DNA of 64,000 nt from Sneathiellales bacterium (GTDB lineage Bacteria; Pseudomonadota; Alphaproteobacteria; JANQFL01), in assembly GCA_028277845.1 (NCBI GenBank), contig JANQFL010000040.1, positions 1 to 64,000 of the forward strand, in the 5' to 3' direction. Within the stretch, counting starts at the first letter, position 1; each line of letters opens with the position of its first letter. Positions 59,549 to 64,000 of this stretch are shown one piece after another. The position numbers were made by a program, and so were the translations under genes. The notes beneath the pieces are model-generated. The model saw only the letters and a program-made list of their open reading frames with translations, was not told the DNA's origin and made no database searches.

Positions 59549-61336
59549 CTAGGAGGATAGAGTCACCCGATCCAGGTCGACGAGACCCGGAATACGGCTG
59601 ACAGCCGGGAAGTTCACTTTCTTGCTACGCACCTGGATATCGGCCGGGTGGAACAGGAAGGCCGACGCCACTTTATCGGACGTCAGCTTGTTGGCCTCCT
59701 GTACCAGCCTCTTGCGCTCGTCCAGGCTCGGTGCGACACGCTGATCGTTGGTCAGCTTGTCGACGTTTTTCTCGGAAAAGAAACCGAATGCCATCTTGGA
59801 CTTGTCGCGCGTGCGGCCATTGAACTTGGACGTGGTCTGCATCCAGTCGACCAGGCCGTCATCGGGATCGAAGTCACCGCCGCTGCCCAGGCGGCACATA
59901 TCCCAGCGCATGGAGTTGAAATCGTCGATCAGAACCGGGAAGTCCTTGGTGTCGATGCTGATCTTGATGTTCAGATTGCGCTTGAGGATGTTGGTGATGA
60001 CCTGGACCTCGCGCCGTTGCGACGGCGTGGTCAGGATTTTCACTTCCGGGAATCCGTCCCCGTTCGGATAACCGGCATCGGCCAGCAACTGGCGGGCTTC
60101 CTGGACATTGAAGCGCTGTTCGCTGCTGTCGGCCAGTTTATCGTCGAAGAAGAAGCCCATGGCCGGATTGATGGTGCCATAGGCGGGCCGCCCGCGTCCG
60201 AACTGGGCCTGCTTGAGATAGCGGTTGCGGTCCAGTGCCTTGGCGATCGCCAGGCGAACCTTGAAACCTTTCTCTTTTTTCAGTTCCGAAACCGGCTTGT
60301 TGAAATCCTTGACCATGAACGGTTCGCGGTGCGGGTTCATCCACACCGACTGGAAACCCGGTGCCGCAACTTCGTCCACCACCAGGTTGGGATTGGCCAG
60401 GAACCGGTCGACCAGTTCCGGCGCCACCGGATTGCCGCCGATCAGATGAATGTCGCCCGCTTCCATGGCGGCCGCCAAGGGCTCGGCGTCGATAATCGGC
60501 TTGATCACAACACGGTCGAGCTTGGGGCGGTCGGGGTCGTAATAGTCGGCGAATTTCTCCAGAACGACGCCCTGGCCAAGCTCGCGGGGCAATACCTTGA
60601 ACGGTCCTGTGCCGACCGGGGTCAGGCCATACTGAGAATCACCCATGGCTTCGATGGCGCCACGGCTGACGATGGCCATGGCACGGCCGCTGGAACGCTC
60701 GAGCGACTTGACCAGGAACGAGGCCTGCGGCGCCTTCAGTGTAAACCGTACTTCGTGATCATTGAGCTTGTCGACCGACGCGACGTTGGCGACGACGCGT
60801 CCGTGGATCGATTTGTCCGGGTTGATGGCGCGGTTGTAGGTGTAGATCACATCGTCGGCTGTGAACCTGTCGCCGTTGTGGAATGTCACGCCTTGGCGCA
60901 GCTTGAACGTATAGACCTTGCCTTCGTCGGAAATGGTCCAACTTTCGGCCAAATCGCCGCGCGCCACCAAATCGGCGTCGATGTGGGTCAGACCACTCAT
61001 GATGTTCGACGATATCTGGAACAGCAGCACCTGGTTGATCTGGTGCGGGTCCAGAGTCGTCAGTTCGCCGACGCCGGCCCAGCCGCAGTTCAGCGTGCCG
61101 CCTGCCGCGTGGGCCTCACGAATGCCGCCGGTGCCGGGAATGAGATGGTAAGCCGTGAGCGTTCCGGCGGCGGCCATGAGGCGCAGAACGGACCGGCGGC
61201 TCAGGCTTGGGCCGCTCATCTCGTCGGCGCTCAGGCCGAACATCGGATCCTTGGGGTCGAAGTCGTAAGCGTCCTTCAGGTCCGATTGGATGCGGGCTTC
61301 ATCGGGCCCGAAGAGTTTTCTGGTGTCATCTTTCAT
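59549..61336 (-). CDS. ABC transporter substrate-binding protein, family 5 (DppA/OppA-like), Tat signal
   Basis: SRRSVLRLMAAAGTLTA twin-arginine motif. Probable true start at ATG 61243 (MFGLSADEMSGPSLSRRSV...), which gives a normal-length Tat signal. Confidence 0.75.
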   Translation of the reverse strand: MKDDTRKLFGPDEARIQSDLKDAYDFDPKDPMFGLSADEMSGPSLSRRSVLRLMAAAGTLTAYHLIPGTGGIREAHAAGGTLNCGWAGVGELTTLDPHQINQVLLFQISSNIMSGLTHIDADLVARGDLAESWTISDEGKVYTFKLRQGVTFHNGDRFTADDVIYTYNRAINPDKSIHGRVVANVASVDKLNDHEVRFTLKAPQASFLVKSLERSSGRAMAIVSRGAIEAMGDSQYGLTPVGTGPFKVLPRELGQGVVLEKFADYYDPDRPKLDRVVIKPIIDAEPLAAAMEAGDIHLIGGNPVAPELVDRFLANPNLVVDEVAAPGFQSVWMNPHREPFMVKDFNKPVSELKKEKGFKVRLAIAKALDRNRYLKQAQFGRGRPAYGTINPAMGFFFDDKLADSSEQRFNVQEARQLLADAGYPNGDGFPEVKILTTPSQRREVQVITNILKRNLNIKISIDTKDFPVLIDDFNSMRWDMCRLGSGGDFDPDDGLVDWMQTTSKFNGRTRDKSKMAFGFFSEKNVDKLTNDQRVAPSLDERKRLVQEANKLTSDKVASAFLFHPADIQVRSKKVNFPAVSRIPGLVDLDRVTLSS

Positions 61337-61397
61337 AACGCTCTCCTTCTTCCTTATCGTTGATTGAACGGTTGGGTTTCTCCGGGTCGGCCAAACT

Positions 61398-62396
61398 CTA
61401 CGCGGCCGCCTGTGTTGGTCCGGTGTGGGGACAGGCGGCCCGGCGGTCGGGGCCGACCGTCTCCATCGCCGGGGTGAGGTCGCTACAGCTGGGCATCGCC
61501 TTCGGACAGCGTGGGTGGAACGCGCAGCCGCCGGGCGGGTTCATGGGGCTCGGCACCTCGCCCTTGATGGGTTCGAACTGACGGTCCTTTTCGACGGCGG
61601 GATCGGGGACCGGCACGGCTTCCAGCAAGGCCTGGGTGTAGGGGTGCTTCGGATCGGCGAACAGGCTTTCGCTTTCGCCGATCTCGACGATCTTGCCGAG
61701 ATACATGACGGCGACGCGATGGCAAATGTGGCGCACGACGCTGAGATCGTGGGCAATGAACAGATAGGTCAGTCCCAATTCCTCGCGCAGGTCCTCGAGC
61801 AGGCGAATGATCTGCGCCTGGATGGAAACATCCAGTGCGGACACCGCCTCGTCGCACACCAGAAAGTCCGGCCTGAGCGCCAAGGCCCGAGCGATGCCGA
61901 CGCGTTGCCGCTGGCCACCGCTCATTTCATGGGGATAGCGGTCCTGCACCCGGCCCGGCAGGCCGCAAAGCGAAAGCAAGTCACGTACCCGGCCGGGTAT
62001 TTCATCCCGTGCGCAAGCTTTGTGCACCAGGAACGGCTCACCGACGATTTCCTCCACGGTCATGCGGGGGTTCAGGGAGCTGTAAGGGTCCTGAAACACC
62101 GCCTGTACCCGGCGGCGGTATGCCTTGACTTCGGTAGACGGCAGATGGGCGACTTCGTCTCCATCAAAACGGATGGACCCGCCCGTGGGTTCTTCGAGTT
62201 TCAGGATACAGCGGCCGATCGTCGTCTTGCCGCAACCGGATTCGCCGACCAGTCCGAAGGTTTCGCCCTTCTCGATGTGGAAGTCGACGCCGTCCACGGC
62301 ACGGACCGCACCGACCTGGCGGCGGAAAACCATGCCCGCTGTCACGGGAAAATGCATCTGCAGATTATCAACCTGAAGAAGGGGACCGCTGCTCAT
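61398..62396 (-). CDS. Peptide ABC transporter ATP-binding protein (DppF/OppF-like)
   Basis: Walker A GESGCGKTT, C-terminal oligopeptide-ABC extension. 332 aa. Confidence 0.8.
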   Translation of the reverse strand: MSSGPLLQVDNLQMHFPVTAGMVFRRQVGAVRAVDGVDFHIEKGETFGLVGESGCGKTTIGRCILKLEEPTGGSIRFDGDEVAHLPSTEVKAYRRRVQAVFQDPYSSLNPRMTVEEIVGEPFLVHKACARDEIPGRVRDLLSLCGLPGRVQDRYPHEMSGGQRQRVGIARALALRPDFLVCDEAVSALDVSIQAQIIRLLEDLREELGLTYLFIAHDLSVVRHICHRVAVMYLGKIVEIGESESLFADPKHPYTQALLEAVPVPDPAVEKDRQFEPIKGEVPSPMNPPGGCAFHPRCPKAMPSCSDLTPAMETVGPDRRAACPHTGPTQAAA

Positions 62397-63385
62397 GCCG
62401 CCACCCCGCGGGAGAGGGCGTCCGTATTCCAGCAGGCGGATTCATGTCCACGGTGCAGGACCTGCATTTCCGGTGCGGCTATCGCGCATTGGTCGGTCGC
62501 ATATTTGCAGCGCGGCCGAAATGCGCAGCCTTCCGGCATTTGGATGAGATCCGGAGGGTTGCCCGGAATGGGCAGGATCGGATCTTCACGCGACCGATCC
62601 ATGCGGGGCACCGACTCCAACAGCCCGGCCGTGTAGGGATGGCGCGGCTGCTGATAGATGTCGCCCGCTTCGCCTTTCTCCACGATCCGCCCGGCATACA
62701 TGACATTGACCCGATGGGCGTAACGGGCCACGACCCCCAGGTTATGGGTAATGATGACCAGGGCCACGCCCAGCCGCTGGCACAAATCCTCCATCAGTGT
62801 CAGGATTTGCGCCTGAATGGTGACGTCCAGGGCCGTGGTCGGTTCATCGGCGATAATCAGCTCGGGTTCGCAGCTGAGCGCCATGGCGATCATCACCCGC
62901 TGGCGCATGCCGCCCGACAAAAGGTGCGGATACTGCTTCATGCGCCGCGCCGGTTCCGATATGCCGACCATCCGCAAAAGTTCGATGGCTTTCTCGCGCG
63001 CCTGCCGTTTGCCGTAGCCGAGATTGGCCACCATTGCCTCGGTCATTTGCCGGCCGATGGTGATCACCGGGTTCAGGGAGGTCATGGGTTCCTGGAAGAT
63101 CATTGCGATCCGCCGTCCCCGGACTTTCCGCAAGCTATCGTCGTCGAGCGTCAGCAGATCCTGACCGTCAAACAGGATACGTCCCTTTGGGATATTGCCG
63201 GGTGGGCGCGGCACCAATCCAAGAACCGCGCGTGCACTGACGGATTTGCCGCTACCGGACTCGCCGACCACCGCGACCACCTCACCGGGCGATACGCTGT
63301 AGCTTATGCCGTCGACCGCGCGTACCAGCCCCTCGGGCGTCTTGAATTCAACGTGCAAGTCTTCGACGGACAGGAGTTCGGACAC
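62393..63385 (-). CDS. Peptide ABC transporter ATP-binding protein (DppD/OppD-like)
   Basis: Walker [25 protein letters not shown]. 330 aa. ATGA overlap with the downstream ATPase gene. Confidence 0.8.
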   Translation of the reverse strand: MSELLSVEDLHVEFKTPEGLVRAVDGISYSVSPGEVVAVVGESGSGKSVSARAVLGLVPRPPGNIPKGRILFDGQDLLTLDDDSLRKVRGRRIAMIFQEPMTSLNPVITIGRQMTEAMVANLGYGKRQAREKAIELLRMVGISEPARRMKQYPHLLSGGMRQRVMIAMALSCEPELIIADEPTTALDVTIQAQILTLMEDLCQRLGVALVIITHNLGVVARYAHRVNVMYAGRIVEKGEAGDIYQQPRHPYTAGLLESVPRMDRSREDPILPIPGNPPDLIQMPEGCAFRPRCKYATDQCAIAAPEMQVLHRGHESACWNTDALSRGVAA

Positions 63386-63576
63386 GTGCCGTATGCCCCG
63401 ACGTTAAATGTCAGACGATTCGAAACGTAAGCACATCAGGGCAGCCATCGTATTTGTCCTCCGCAGTTATTGGCCGGAATCGGTGGCGTGAAAGTCAAAC
63501 GACTCCGGTCCGCTTCATGATCGAGCGGTAAATTGTGCCGATTCGCACTCTTGGATTGACAAGTGGTTCGGACGGT

Positions 63577-63596
63577 TATCATTATCGATATTGATA
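63577..63596. promoter_or_regulatory. 20-bp near-palindrome TATCATTATCGATATTGATA (2 mismatches) in the divergent dppD-like/gntR promoter region
   Basis: Read from the sequence. Centred on ATCGAT. Lies in the 400-bp intergenic region upstream of the GntR-family gene. Confidence 0.35.
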
Positions 63597-63784
63597 CTTG
63601 CGCCGTTCCTGCACGCTGTCAACCGTAGAGAGTCCGGAAGCGATACTTGTGAACGCCGGAGGGATATCCGGCGATGGCTTGAACGCCTTCACCTCACGGT
63701 GTGAATGAGCTAGTAGGGGCCGGAAGAAAGAAGACCGCACAGTTCGATGGCGGTCAGGAACCATGAGGAGGCGAGTCCAGACAG

Positions 63785-64000
63785 ATGCCGGCGCTGGAGA
63801 AATATCTGCAGGGGGACAAAGGCTATGGCCTGAAGATCCGCAAGGGCAACGCGGTCTATCATCTCCTGAAAACGGCGATCATTTTACGCGATCTCAAGCC
63901 GGGCGAATCCATCGGCGAACAAGCGATCGCGGCCCGCATGGGCTGTTCGCAGGGAACGGTGCGCGAGGCGCTGTTGCGACTGCAGGAAGACGGCTTGGTC
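63785..64000 (+). CDS. GntR-family transcriptional regulator, N-terminal part (continues beyond window)
   Basis: MPALEKYLQGDKGYGLKIRKGNAVYHLLKTAIILRDLKPGESIGEQAIAARMGCSQGTVREALLRLQEDGLV is a GntR-type wHTH. Confidence 0.65.
   Translation, partial: MPALEKYLQGDKGYGLKIRKGNAVYHLLKTAIILRDLKPGESIGEQAIAARMGCSQGTVREALLRLQEDGLV

Overview
High-GC (about 65-70%) chromosomal segment, probably from an alphaproteobacterium. Genes are densely packed, almost entirely metabolic and transport, and mostly tightly or translationally coupled. No tRNA or rRNA genes, transposases, integrases or CRISPR arrays were found. The many long antisense ORFs in the track are high-GC artefacts. Content from 5' to 3': (1) 1-7 kb, a livHMGF-type ABC importer fused into an operon with an AMP-forming acyl-CoA synthetase, a LivK-like binding protein and a thiolase. 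(2) 7-12 kb, an Xsc-like TPP enzyme, an alpha/beta hydrolase, and a family-III CoA-transferase with an HMG-CoA-lyase-like protein. (3) 12.4-39.7 kb, a cyclic-amide/ureide catabolic island. It holds two paralogous hyuA/hyuB (ATP-dependent hydantoinase/oxoprolinase-family) modules, each next to an isochorismatase-like cysteine hydrolase. It also holds a dihydropyrimidinase, a polysaccharide-deacetylase-family hydrolase, an amidase-signature amidase, a PotABCD-like ABC importer, a COG0523 GTPase and a giant flotillin-like protein with tandem 29-residue repeats. (4) 40-41.8 kb, an RpiR (IolR-like) regulator followed by a decayed iolC-like kinase remnant and AT-rich tracts. (5) 41.8-56 kb, one operon of about 16 genes for aromatic catabolism: Rieske ferredoxin, NitT/TauT-type ABC importer, phthalate-family Rieske oxygenase alpha subunit, two SDRs, cupin, meta-cleavage-type hydrolase, IclR regulator, TPP enzyme, aspartate-dehydrogenase-like protein, aldehyde dehydrogenase, extradiol dioxygenase and ferredoxin reductase. 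(6) 56-63.4 kb on the minus strand, dppD-F-A-B-C plus a translationally coupled amidase. (7) Start of a GntR regulator. The best candidate for an undescribed system is in the amide island. A conserved N-terminal peptide (K-[DN]-[QE]-F-D-[QR]-L) followed by a Pro/Ala-rich disordered linker sits on HyuB in the first hydantoinase module and on HyuA in the second. Each module has a paralogous small 4-TM membrane protein. The first module is followed directly by the repeat-rich flotillin-like scaffold. This suggests a membrane-tethered hydantoinase-like amidohydrolase machine.
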